A DNA stretch of 64,000 bases from Ylistrum balloti (taxonomy: Eukaryota), in assembly GCF_031769215.1 (NCBI RefSeq), contig NW_026781921.1:124001-188000 (forward strand), given 5' to 3'. Positions within the stretch are counted from its first letter, which is position 1. Each line of letters opens with the position of its first letter. This document shows, piece by piece, positions 1 to 12,900 of the stretch. Below the pieces are notes generated by a model that was not told the DNA's origin, did not search any database, and saw nothing but the letters and a program-made list of their open reading frames with translations. A program made the translations under genes and the position numbers.

Positions 1-1133
1 TGACTATCTATCTGTTTTGGAAATATTGGAACAGTTTTATACACTATCGTATTCATTGACATGGACAAATAACTGGTTAGTGCTCTTTAACTAATTACTA
101 GATAAAGGATACATCTTTTTCTAATTGGTAACGAAAACTACTGTGAAATCTTTGAACGATTATCGTATTTTGGCACTTTTTGCGCCCGAATTATCGCTCT
201 AAAGTATGTTTGCACTTTCTGTTTGTGTCTTATTCATATGAATTATAGATAAAGGAAAACATTTTGACCATAGTGTACGTGTATGTGCACAAATGAAGAA
301 AGAAATTTAGATACTCCTATACAGTATATTTCATATCCTGTCGAGTCAGATATCTGTTTTCTGCTCATCTATACCACTTTACAGGTCACCATTGCTAATT
401 CGTGAAGAATACGCCTTTCATGGTGATCTGGTATAAGTAAACTGGAAGAGATACTCTGGACGACAAGCAATGGGCCTTCTACCCTGCATATGTTGTTCAT
501 TAAGACAGTCACCAGCTACTACAAGAACAACTCTCAAAGAGGCGCCCACTGGTCACTGAGCAATAAACAACAAAATTAAGACGCTTGGCCAACCATCTGT
601 TCGTTCTGTTTAAATAAAAGATTGTACCTCGACCTTGACCACTACAATGATACATCACTAATGCCCGTATTTGTCAATGACCGGTGTCGGACATTGACTC
701 ATTTCGCCAAAGGGTATACAGTACATTTTTATCATTTAATCACGTATAAAGTTATCTTAGTTCAGTCTCTATAAATACTATATTTAACATTATTTATTCA
801 TATATTCATTTATCAATCACTACAGTACATTATTCTATATTTTTTTTTATCTTCATATCGTTTATTCTCTCTAATTTATTTATTTTAATGTTGTTTTTTA
901 TTCGTGGTTAACGTCATCTTCAAGTATGTTCAACTCCTTGGTTGTGAATTCTGCTTGTGGGTGTTGAATCATTGATATGTTACATTAAATTCTGATGAAA
1001 AGGGTACCGATTTAGAATATAGAGATGTATTTGACATTCGAATATTCCAAAACAGAGCATTTCTTATTTAGTTTGACGGGGTTTTCAAAACGACTACACA
1101 CCAAAAGAATTTTCTATCGACCTTTTAAAAGCC

Positions 1134-1176
1134 AAAAAAAAAACAAAAACAAAAACAAAAACAAAAACAAAACAAC
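1134..1176. repeat. (AAAAAC)n microsatellite
   Basis: Direct reading; explains the KNKNKN/FCFCFC ORFs. Confidence 0.95.
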
Positions 1177-2428
1177 GTCGGAAAGCATATCACTACACCT
1201 TCAAATCTATCAGTGATATTTTCTACTGACATGAATTTCAGTACAAGAAATGTACTGATATCGCCAATAACAAGCTGGATTCTAAGCTCATCGTGTGGAT
1301 GTGTTTCCATTTACATACAATATAGGCTCAATCATTTTATTTCTTTCTATTGTGAACTGTCTACTTAGTCACATAATAACATATCGTCTATATAACTGAA
1401 ATCGAAGATAACCATTGCCCCCATAACTTGTAACTCTGTTACCTCAATTACATCAATAGCAACCCTGCTTCACCACATACTGTGATGTCAAGATTCAGTA
1501 TTTGAGGCCTGCAAAATATCAGTATTTCTGAACTAGATGTGAACTCAGTCTACCAGTAAAACCAGGGCAAATTTTAATTTCGTTTCATGTATTTTCTTCA
1601 AATGATATTATACCTAATTTTACCTTGAAATTATTCACATATTAACATTACTACCAATACTTTCTATATACATATCTGTTTATCTTACAATCCTAATATG
1701 ACCTTAATTTAAGAGAAAAAACACATCTTAAATTAACACTGACTGTTATCAATAATAAATAGTTATTGTTTTTGTAATCTCGATTGCTGCCTACTACAAA
1801 CTTCACACAATGGAGTCAGTTATTACACTATCTCCGTGACTAACTGTCACTATGACTTAGGAAAAAAACCATGTAATACCTAGATATATTTAAAACATCT
1901 ATATAAATAAGAAAAGCGTTATTAATTCCTGTCTAAATAAACAACATATTGTGAGATGCTGCCAACACTTACCTTTACTTGGTGGGATTGCCGCGTGGTC
2001 CATAGTATCAAACCGTATATGGCTTTCTTTGCGTTAGGAAAATCAAGAGTATTGTTTCATCAACATATATTTGACTGAGTGTTTCGGTCAAACTTGTGGA
2101 GTAGACAGAAAACTAGCCGATCACATTCTGCCTCGAGGTTCTGTTACTAGGTAGCCATTAACATATAGAATATGTTTGTGACTTTGCAGGTAGGTAGTAT
2201 GATTAGTACACCTGTTAACCGAGCACTGTCATATTGTAAACTTATATGGTACAAATCCCGTCCCACAACTGACACGGTGTGTATTGGAGCGAGGAACCTC
2301 CAAATAAGCTAAAAATGAATATTTTAGTCAGATTTTCGCAATAACCAGTTAATAACAATAGACAACAGCTCAGTACCTGGATCAGCTGAATCAGCTGATG
2401 CACTCTAGTAAACTACAAATAAACTGAC

Positions 2429-2920
2429 CAGGGAACAATACATTACCTTAAAATAAGATTATTGGGGATTCCTAGAGTACGACCTGATCAGAGAACAATA
2501 CGTAATGATCAAGGGACAATACATTACCTTAAGATAAGATTATTGGGGATTCCTAGAGTACGACCTGATCAGAGAACAATACGTAATGATCAAGGGACAA
2601 TACATTACCTTAAGATAAGATTATTGGGGATTCCTAGAGTACGACCTGATCAGAGAACAATACGTAATGATCAAGGGACAATACATTACCTTAAAATAAG
2701 ATTATTGGGGATTCCTATAGTGTGACTTGATCAAGGACCATTCGGGCATCTTAGAGTATGACTTCATCAGGGAACATTGGCGAAGCCTAGAGTAAGACCT
2801 GATCATGGACCATTGGGGAACCCTAGCGTATGACTTGATCAGGGACCATTGGTGAACACTAGAGTATGACCTGATCAGGGACCATTGGGGAACCCTAGAG
2901 TGTGACTTGATCATGGAACG
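2429..2920. repeat. Compound minisatellite: ~3.3 x 81 bp followed by ~6 x 36 bp
   Basis: 81-bp unit (27-aa repeat in ORF 2462-2725) contains the 36-bp unit attggggaaccctagagtatgacctgatcagggacc. Confidence 0.9.
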
Positions 2921-3776
2921 TTGAAAATCCATAAAAAAAGGAAGAAATGAAAGCGGCATTGACTCCCAGAAAACTTCTACTTAGGGCAAGGAACAGGGGA
3001 CGTTTAAGATACCTTGTTGCTCTCATAGCAACATTTACAATGTATATGGTAAACCCCCTTCGCCATGTTATTTTATTTGACTCCTCTATGACGTCATGAT
3101 CACCTCTTTGTAGCGATACATAAGAACTCCCTACATATGTTTTCACCCTATACGCGTTACCTTTTGCATCATTCTGAATATCATAAAACTATATATAGTT
3201 GCACGATTCATCCTCACTTAGCTTGCATCTGAAAATTACCTAGTGTAGCCTATCCTGCATGACACATGTCTCACCTGGGTGACTTTAAATCTTTTTTTTT
3301 TCATGTTTGTCACTTATCATAAAACTAGAGACCTGTAAGATACATTAAAATGTAAAGATTAGTCATTGAATATGTGTGTGGAGATAAGGATAGACTCCAA
3401 ACATATAAATATACAATTTTATTATTGAAATAATATCTTAATAATAAAATACTTTTATGAAAACAAATAAGATACTTATAAAAGTATTAAAAATGCTTAA
3501 TACACTTTCGTTAACATATATTTGATGCTTCGGGGGAAATAAAATCATAATTTTATAACCAAATGATATCCTTACACATAAATAGAACCAATTCCATCGT
3601 TCTTGTGGTTTTAAAGGCAATCATTCCATTTGTTAATTAAAGTACGATGTAATTGTGTACATATTTATTTTATTTCAAATATCATCGAATTATTAGATCA
3701 AAAGAAGTATTTGTAGGAAATGCTAGTTTGGATAGTACTTTATATATACAGATTAATCTCAGTCTGTCTTTTCGTG

Positions 3777-4580
3777 ATGGTGAACGAACGAGTACAAATT
3801 GATGTTTTTAGAAACAGGTAGAGGTGGTCATGGTGGCCTTCATGCTGGCTGTAAGTTTTCTATAAAGAAAAAGAATGACCGTGTTTATTGAATATGTGTA
3901 TCTCGGCATTGACTAGCTACAATGGAGACTTTGAACAACATCCCGCTGACTTTTGGACAGAACCATGATCATTCTGGAGACCCAATTGAATAATTTTCGA
4001 ATATCTTTATCGGTAGCGATCAATTGAATTATTTTCGATTTATTTTCGAATACATTTATCAAAAAATGATGATATTGGAGATATAATAGATCGGGTACCA
4101 ACATTCGAGAGTTACTGGGTTACAGGGCATTCCCCTACTGAAGCCGCGCTAAGATTCTACCAAAATTACAACAGGATGTTAGACTTGAAGGCTCATAGAC
4201 AGACACTCTTTTTTAGAGAAAAATTTTGTTCTGTGATGATACACAAAAACAGGGATGGATGTGTTGATGGTGCGATGTTACCAATAATGGTGTCCTTGCT
4301 ACCCAACAAAACATCTACCTGCACCAGATTCATCACGATTTTGAGAGACGCTTTACTTCAGAGGGATTTAGTGTTTTCACAAGAGACAGTTATGGTGAAC
4401 TTTGAAATAACCGCTGTAGTAATGTGAAAAGTCAGTATTCCAGCTGACGACTGTATTAGCTTGCTTCTTCCATTTTACATATTGTATTAGGAAAATGACT
4501 CGGGCATGCAGACTGGGTATGAGGTATGCGCAGGATAATGAAGAGAAGAAACAGTCGTGTTACCCTTAGTGCCTTGTTAA
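3777..4580 (+). pseudogene. Decayed Mutator-like (MULE) transposase with N-terminal FLYWCH zinc finger
   Basis: Manual translation across stops and frameshifts: ETGRGG..LHAGCKF...NDRVY*IC..R.*.AT..T.NNIP....NHDH (FLYWCH-like), RAKILPKL..DVRLEGS*, PIMVSLLPNKT...ETVMVNFE, ACFFHFTYCIRK (CxFH motif), LPLVP. Confidence 0.8.
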
Positions 4581-4633
4581 CCGAGGAGATGATGTCTCAC
4601 ATTCACTTTTCTATATTGGACTTTAGTTATACC

Positions 4634-5069
4634 CAGTGGCGTAGCCAGGATCTGAAGTTGGGGGTGGGGGCAAAAATCTGGCAACGCCGGCGAAGCCGTG
4701 CGTCGCGAGAGCCGAAGGCTCGAAGCTTTGGCGAGGGGTCTGGGTGCCCTCCCCAAGAAAATTTTGAAAAATTTGGCTCCATTTCCTGCATTTTGAGCGT
4801 ATTTTGAAGGAAAATAACGACACATTAATACTGGGATAAGTCGATATAATGTATTGAAATAAATCAAAGTTAGCAAAGATACAAATGGAAACAAAATAAT
4901 GTCGGACTACTGCTAAGGTAAAAAAATCACTGAAATATAGATATGATAAATACAGATTAAAAAATCAACGGATTAACACGTTTAACTAAATTCACCTCTG
5001 GGACAATTAGGGGGGCAGTTGCCCCCTCCAACCAACCAACCAACCCCCCCCCCCCTGCCTACGCCAGTG
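4634..5069. mobile_element. Non-autonomous hAT-type MITE
   Basis: 16-bp TIRs CAGTGGCGTAGCCAGG / CCTGCCTACGCCAGTG (2 mismatches); 8-bp TSD GTTATACC (4626-4633) / GTTGTACC (5070-5077), 7 of 8 identical. Confidence 0.85.
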
Positions 5070-6204
5070 GTTGTACCTATTGATTAACACCAACACCCAG
5101 TCTCACTTAGCCTGCACAGAAAAGCTTACTTATACACAGGTAAATACCAAAATACAGGATAAATCTATTAGAAAACACTGGTTGCACACCTCACATAAAC
5201 CTAACCAGCTGTCTTCACCTTCCAGTCACTGTCTGATAGTCATGGGCGATGTATTAGATATGCCGGGAAATTATTCCATGCAACGACACAAATATTCTAT
5301 CAAGTTTTTAAACAATGTTGAAATCAATATTTTTGCAAGATAAATGTCTGAGATTAATCAGAAAGTTTGATTTTCGATCTTTTGTAAAATGAAGAAATGT
5401 AATCAAGATTATGTAATTTATTTATTTATATGGACTGAAGGCGTTCCATTTTGCGTACATATATATCCCTATCTGTTTAAACGCATTGCCTGAACATGTC
5501 ATGCCTTTCTGTGCATACGGAAGATTAAGCTTGCTTACTTAATTTGCATATTCGCCATCTTGAATTTTGAATCTACTATTTATAGATATAGAACAGAGAA
5601 CGGATACATTCTCAAAATTAATGGGGCCGAGCACATTTCATCGGTTAATTATTACACCTGATACCTTTCCGTATGCATTGATATAAAAAAGAAAATTATT
5701 GTTATTTTTTTCGAGGTTCCTACGAAAATCACTGAAGCGGTAAGTGCTATGTAATCTTTGTCGTCATATTAAAAATTGCTCGATATAGCCGTTTTCGATT
5801 ACTTTTGATAACATAACTGGGTTGCATTCTTTGAGGACGGCAAGTTTCATTATACCGGAGAAGAAGCAGAATTGAAGTTTCCTCAGACCCTTTAAATGCG
5901 CAATTAGGAATTTGTGAATTTAAAATGCATTTATATTGTTTTACAAAAAAATAAATTTTGTTTGTCGCATCATTAGAAATGGGATACAGAATAAAAAAAT
6001 TGAAATAAATTTATTTTTAGCCTTCCTTCCACTTGTTTCATGCTTGCCGCCTCCTAAGTCCGTGATTGATTGTGTTATTTTTGTGTAGGTTAAGCATAGG
6101 ATATTTTTGAATTTGATATTTCGCGCTTTATCTTGTATTTTCTAAAGTTTTCACCAACACACAGTGATAAGTCTAGAAAAGTATCGAATGATGCTAGTAA
6201 CGTG

Positions 6205-6281
6205 TGCAAAGTTCCGGAACAGGTGGCGTTTACATCGTTTACTTCCGTTCAAAGGATTGAGAAGTTTATCGTGGACATCAG
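6205..6281 (+). promoter_or_regulatory. ZNF706: Probable ZNF706 core promoter and non-coding first exon
   Basis: ETS-type motifs TTCCGGAA (6212-6219) and ACTTCCGT (6241-6248) in CpG-containing sequence, followed by donor CAG|GTAAAC at 6281/6282; matching acceptor tttcag at 7703. TSS not determinable. Confidence 0.5.
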
Positions 6282-7739
6282 GTAAACACATGTACAATCT
6301 TTCTAGTTGTTTCTAGAGTTAATCTCATGGAATTAACCGTTCATTTTCACAGTGTTTTAAATTTCCGATGGAGACAGGAGTGTTCGTACATTTAATACCC
6401 GCATGACACTCTTTGACTCATATTAATTTGTGTTCTCGAACGAAAGTGTCCATCCTTATCAATAAGTTGACTAACAGTTGATTCAGAGACGATCTAATTT
6501 TCCTTTCTTAAAATTTACATAATTTGGTTGAGCTATAAATGTGTTCATGGTTCCGATAATTTACCACTTTCCTTTTCTTGACACATCATGGCTTTTACTT
6601 AAATCAGTTATATTGCGACACAAGGTAAGGGGAGACAATGCCGGTATATTTTTCTCAATCGTTGTCCGTCTTTATTTCTTAAACTGAAAATCACTCTGGT
6701 CTTGTTTGTAAGTCATTTAAACGACAATGGCATACGTTTCCTTAGACTGCTGTACTGAAATACTAAATATGAAGCGGACATAATGACATGTCGAGCATCA
6801 CAGAAATGAACAAGTACAATTTTTTAATTTTTTTTTATTTATTTATTGCTATTGGAAAACAACATAACAAATGGTGAATGAAGATAAACTCTGATACAAT
6901 CTTATAAATTTGAAATCGATGTAACCAGCTGCATATCATCTAATACTAGATCTTTTGTTCGTAATCATAATTTGCCCAACAATCATAAATTTGAAAATGA
7001 TCAGTTGTTTACCATAAATAACGATAAATGTTTCCCTATCATATTATGAAAATAATGGTAATTAAATAAAAACTTCATTATGTTAATGATGAAAAAAAGA
7101 TTTTTGGGCAATTTCAACTTTAACACATAAATTACAAGTCATTTGTTTGATTTATGATGTTTTAGGTTTATGATTACAATGCCCAACTCTGCCAGAAGTT
7201 GCTTTTCGCATAAATTTTGACATTATTGGAGCAGTTTTGTTGATGTTTCTTAAATGTCTTAAATTTTGAGATAGGATCAGTGTAATACAGTATGTTTTAA
7301 ACTCCATTTTGAAATGATAAATATATTCCAAACTTTCAACTATCTGGAAATGTTGATCCATTTTACAAGATGTGACTTGCCATGACCACAGCAATCATGT
7401 TTTTTGACATTGGTTTTGGTCATTTTTGACCTGATGATTAATTCTGTTTTGTGGCTGTAAAGAATATAATCCAAATGAATTTTTTAAAAAGTCTGGTGCT
7501 CGTACCATGTACATTTAATCACTACAAAGTGTAGACATGGATTGAGATATAGATAACGGTCCATAATGGCACCTATTTAGATATATTGATATTCATTGTT
7601 TCTTAGTTAACATCAATAAAACAATATAGGGTACAGGTTTGTTATTAACTTGAAAATGAAATGTAAAGATTGTATCCAGGTTGAAAATTAAATTGTATTT
7701 CAGGCACATTAGTCTTAGGTGTGTAAGACACTGAAAAGC

Positions 7740-7874
7740 ATGGCTCGTGGACAGCAGAAAATTCAATCACAGCAGAAAAATGCTGAAAAGATGGCAAAAT
7801 TGAAGAAAGGACAATCTCAAGATTCCAAGAAAGCAGCCTTAGCAGCACTGGTTTATAAATGTACTGTTTGTATG
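7740..7874 (+). CDS. ZNF706: Zinc finger protein 706, coding exon 1 (MARGQQKIQSQQKNAEKMAKLKKGQSQDSKKAALAALVYKCTVCM)
   Basis: MARGQQKIQSQQKN start is diagnostic of the ZNF706/4F5 family; acceptor at 7703, Kozak aagcATGG, phase-0 donor ATG|GTAAGT at 7874/7875. Confidence 0.95.
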
Positions 7875-9281
7875 GTAAGTGAGGTATAATTACACCCTTC
7901 AGTATATGTTATCATGCATTACATTAATTTCAGACTTGTACAGTACTTGATGCATGGCCCATATAACTTTTCACCGTAAAGACAAAGGATATTAATTTGA
8001 TAGAAATTACTCGTTGAATATTCATCTGATTCACTATTCAGTTTTTTGAATATTGGTTTTAATATCAATTCCATATGGTACCACCAACTGACACTTTAAG
8101 AGGGCAGTCATTACACACTAAGCCTACAGAGCTACTTTACCGGTAAAATTTTACCAATAAAGATCAGAACTGTACCTACAGTTACTGGATGTTTTCAATA
8201 TGTTGAACTAAACACATAGCTAGTTATACTGAAAATGTTACTTGTGAGAAATGAGATCTATTTCTAGGCCTTTAAACTTGTGAAACAAAAGTGAAAAACT
8301 CATGAAAATATGTCATGCAAAATGTTAAAGTGTGAAGACACAAATAGACCCTCACATATTTAAAAACTCAGAAAAATAATACATAGTAGTATTTCATAGC
8401 ATAATTTTTTTTTCACTATTTATGTATTTACAAAACTAATGCTAAATCCACATCTGGTACATTTGTTGTCTATTTTACAAGTATGAGGCCCAGAACAAGG
8501 TGAATTCAAACTAAATGTGAACGAAAACTGATAATGAAATGATTGGTTATTGAAATTGACCAAGAATTTCTCCTGTAATGTGTCAACATATTCATCACTG
8601 TTTACAAAGTTCTCATCATCAACATACAATAATGTAGTGGATTAAAAATGTCTGCAGGAAGATAACATCAGATATTACCACCAATTAGTGCCATGATGAA
8701 CTATGCAGGTGTTTAGCTTTGAACACTAATAATACTTTAATAATTTGGCCAACAAAAGTTTTATTCAGAATGAAAATAGAACAATCCATCCACAGTGAAC
8801 AGATTAATTATAGTGATCATTCAAACGTTGATTTGCAATTTTGAAAACAAATATTGCAATATCATATTCCTATTTGAATACAACCCAACTGAACGAATAT
8901 TTAAATATTTATTGACATCCATTGTAAAAGCGTTGCTTTATTTAATTTGGAAACCTACATCATTCAAATGGCGAACTTTTGAGATATTTGAATATTGGTT
9001 TTCTTCAAATTTACTGTAATGCTGGTTAATATGATACAGGTATGTCTCCAATGGAACATGCACTTCCTAAAATAGACCACTGTGAGTCTTCATTTGTATG
9101 ATCTGACATTTTTAGTTTGTGAAGTAAATGACTGGTAACAAGTTGTTAAATTAATTGAATCTTTATTAAATTATCAGCAATTTCTTAAGAGCATACCTGT
9201 TTATATTCCTGTTGAATATCAAGATGTTTCATAGAAATTAGGCAAAATAAAAAGTTATCATGCTGTAATTGTATTTTATAG

Positions 9282-9374
9282 TCTCAGATGCCAGACCCAA
9301 AGACATACAGGCAACATTTTGAGAGCAAGCATCCAAAGAGTCCTCTACCAGAATGTCTGAAGGCGTCATCATAG
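9282..9374 (+). CDS. ZNF706: Zinc finger protein 706, coding exon 2 (SQMPDPKTYRQHFESKHPKSPLPECLKASS*)
   Basis: Acceptor ttttatag at 9281; completes the CxxC...HxxxxH finger; QMPDPKT..QHFESKHPK matches the family; TAG at 9372-9374; 75 aa in total. Confidence 0.95.
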   Translation, partial: SQMPDPKTYRQHFESKHPKSPLPECLKASS

Positions 9375-10631
9375 TTGTACTGCTCAAATAAGAGGTACAT
9401 AATGTAGGTGTTGGTTCTATATATGCCCTAATTTGTATCAGTCTTCTGATTGAAAAGCATGTGATATTTTTTAATGATAATCATATTTTCTGGATTAGAA
9501 GCTGCAAGTTTTTTGAGTTCAATTGTGCAGCTTATTTTTTTCCTCGAGAGTCATGCATGGGGCTTATATCTGGACGCAGAATGAAAAAAAATGTACCAGT
9601 ACATAATGGTAAAGCATTTTTTGAGTACCAGCCCACCACATGTTTGTAATAGAAACAGATCGTGTAAAACCATCACTTGTAATCATATGCAGTATGATTT
9701 GAAGATTGCAATAGACATAACATTCTCGTGGATTTAATTTATCATACCTTTAAATATAAATCACAATAATATCTTCTGGACCTTTCTGGTTACTTCACAG
9801 CAACTACAAAAGGGCATGATGGATGTTTACAATAGCCTATTGCAACCTGGGATAGATAGGTCATTGGGTGATGGGTCAGGTTCTAGAACAACTGCCATGC
9901 TTGTTTACTATGTGAATTGTTTTGTGCATGGGTAACTTTTAAGAAGAAATATTATTGTACTATAAGAATTTTGTCAGCATGCAAGTGCCTTCTTTAATAT
10001 TTAACATTAGACACTGATGGAGAGATTGATTAGTAAACTGTATGTAGTGTCAGGCCTATTGTATGTGTGTACATTATCTGACATCATTTATGTATTTCAA
10101 ATGATCAGAATAATTTTCAAAATACATCAATAAGAAAATAAAAAATAAAAGGATTATTTGAGCATGAAGTAGTTTACAAACCTTCTTAAATATTTCACAG
10201 ATCTTGATAAATTGTCTTCTGTTGTCTGTTATATCAACATACTTTGATCGATATAATGGTCGCCATATTGTAAGATATTGTGCAACTCCGGTGCGGCTAA
10301 TGTGTGGATCAAATGAAAAAGTCACTAAAATCTGGCTCTGCAGTCTGTTTACTGGTGCGACTTATAACCTGGAAAATACGATATATCATGTTGTACTTAC
10401 TTCATTGTCACAAACTCTAATGATGTCATCAGGTGAACCTGATATTGGCCCTATCATGACCTGTTTAAAACATGAAAAATACTAGAATCACCTGATATTT
10501 CTTCTTTTGATCATTATTCAAAAATTTAAAATCAGTTTCTGGATCCAAGGTCGTCTATTTTTTTAACATCATCTAAATGCTTACAGATGTGATAACTATA
10601 CAATACTATTGAGTATAAGGTCTTTTTACTC

Positions 10632-10790
10632 CAGGGCTCTCGATCTGCCAGATTTAGGCCCCATTCCCGATGCAAAATAGTATCTTTTTTTCCCAATTTA
10701 GACCCCAAGTTTTCCCAATTCTAAGGAAAACACAGCTGTTTTTTTCCAATTCCAAGGGCCCCAGTCCCAAAATGGGGTGTGAGAGCCCGG
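10632..10790. mobile_element. Short hAT-like MITE remnant in ZNF706 intron
   Basis: Ends CAGGGCTCTC / GAGAGCCCGG (9 of 10 inverted match), internal ttcccaatt repeats; no TSD found. Confidence 0.4.
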
Positions 10791-11467
10791 TACCCGATAG
10801 ACCTTTAATATTCCATCTGCTCTTCGATTTTTGAAGGTCATGATAATTTGAAGAGGTTGACAACACTTAGCGGTCAACACAAAACCAAGTGTCATATGAT
10901 GTTTTCTAACAAGCATTTGGTTAAACCAAATATTGATTAAAAATCTTGTTGTTATGCTGTATTGTAGTACAGTTTGTTACAGTGTTACGTAACATGTGCA
11001 TGACTTTTATGATGATATTGGAGTATTACATGGAGTTTAACTCTGTACCTAAATATGTCATCTGGCACCAGATCAATATTGCAAACAGAGGCAATCATTT
11101 AGTTAGACCCTAAAGCTGTGCTTGTACATTTTTAATTATTCACATGCATGAGAGTGTTATTAGCATTTGTGATGAGTAATTTTAAGCTGAATCAACGTTA
11201 AGTCATGAATATGATGAAATTACCTGACAAAGTCAGCAGCTGGATATAGAATAAAACTTGCTACCATTAGATTGTTAGACAGGATATAAAAAAAAATTCA
11301 ATATTTGTTGAAACGGAAGGTCTGACGGTCCTTGGGGTTTGAAGGTCAGGGCAAAATTTGGCAGATAGATGTGATTTTTCAAATATCTTCCTCCTTCATT
11401 TGCATTGAATGTATCTCAGTTATTCTTGGATAAAGAGGAATCAGTTTGATGTAAATATATGGCCTGG

Positions 11468-12530
11468 ATGCCTTAGAGTGAGGGACAGGGCCCAGTGTGA
11501 GAAATAGAGTCTAGACTGCCTTAGAGTGAGGGACAGGGCCCAGTGTGAGAAATAGTCTAGGCTGCCTTAGAGAGAGGGACAGGGCCCAGTGTGAGAAATA
11601 GAGTCTAGACTGCCTTAGAGTGAGGGACAGGGCCCAGTGTGAGAAATAGTCTAGACTGCCTTAGAGTGAGGGACAGGGCCCAGTGTGAGAAATAGTCTAG
11701 GCTGCCTTAGAGAGAGGGACAGGGCCCAGTGTGAGAAATAGTCTAGGCAGTCTTGGAGTGAGGGACAGGGCCCTATCAGGGAAACAGAGGTAATGGGAGC
11801 CTTGGAGTGAGGGTACAGGGCCCTACCGGGAAATGGAAATAAAGGGAGTCTTGAGATGAGGGACAGGGCCCTATCGGGGAAATAGAGGTAAAGAGAGCCT
11901 TGGAGTGAGGGACAGGGCCCTATTGGGGAAATAAAGGTAAAGGGAGCCTTGGAGTGAGGTACAGGGCCCTGTCAGGGAAACAGAGATAAAGAGAGCCTTG
12001 GAGTGAGGGACAGGGCCCTATTGAGGAAATAGATGTAAAGGCTGTCTTGGAGTTAGTGATAGAGCCATATTGGGGAAATAGAGGTAAAGGCAGTCTTGGG
12101 ATGAGGGACAGATCCCTATCAGGGAAATAGATGTAAAGGCAGTCTTGGAGTGAGGGATAGAGCCATAACAGGGAAATGGAAATATAGGCAGTTTTGGAGT
12201 GAGGGACAGGGTCCTATCAGGGAAACAGACGTAAAGGCAGTCTCAGAGTGAGGGACAGATCCCTATCAGGGAAATAGATGTAAAGGCAGTCTTGGAGTGA
12301 GAGATAGAGCCATATTGGGGAAATAGAGGTAAAGGCAGTCTTGGAGTGAGGGACAGATCCCTATCAGGGAAATAGATGTAAAGGCAGTCTTGGAGTGAGA
12401 GATAGAGCCATATTGGGGAAATAGAGGTAAAGGCAGTCTTGGGATGAGGGACAGGACCCTATCAGGGAAATAGAGGTAAAGTGAACCCTGGAGTGAGGGA
12501 CAGGACCCTATCAGTTAAATAGAGATAAGA
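11468..12530. repeat. Intronic purine-rich minisatellite, 46/48-bp units changing to 49-bp units
   Basis: Core ttggagtgagggacagggccc..ggaaatag repeated about 21 times. Confidence 0.95.
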
Positions 12531-12900
12531 GTTTGAAATCTTTCTCTGTTTTGTTGAAGATATTTTGACAAAATTTAGTTTGAGTTTCAGTTCCTAATCT
12601 TTAACAATGTAACTGTAAATAGAAATGTTTTGATATGAAGCAAAACAATGCTTGTGTTGATACAGGCCCCATCATAGGACCATTGTATTATGGAGAGTGT
12701 TCTGTATTAGATACCAGTCATATTCAGCTAAAATGGTTGATTTTCTATCAAATTATGGTTATTTATAAGTTATCATCATACTTATGGGCTGTGACAGTTT
12801 ATTTTTATGTGCATCTACTAATAAGGAAAGCAATTATGCACTTTTTAAAATCACCCTGAACTGTATGTTGATGTTTGTTTTTCTGGTTTTCTGTTTTCAG

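Noticed and set aside
5341-5895. Possible Kolobok-like MITE ending cagaccctttaa
   Set aside because: Left terminus too degenerate to establish TIRs.
2702-12530. Shared words (attggggaa, atcaggga) between the 36-bp and 49-bp minisatellites
   Set aside because: Matches are short and unit lengths do not align; common origin unsupported.
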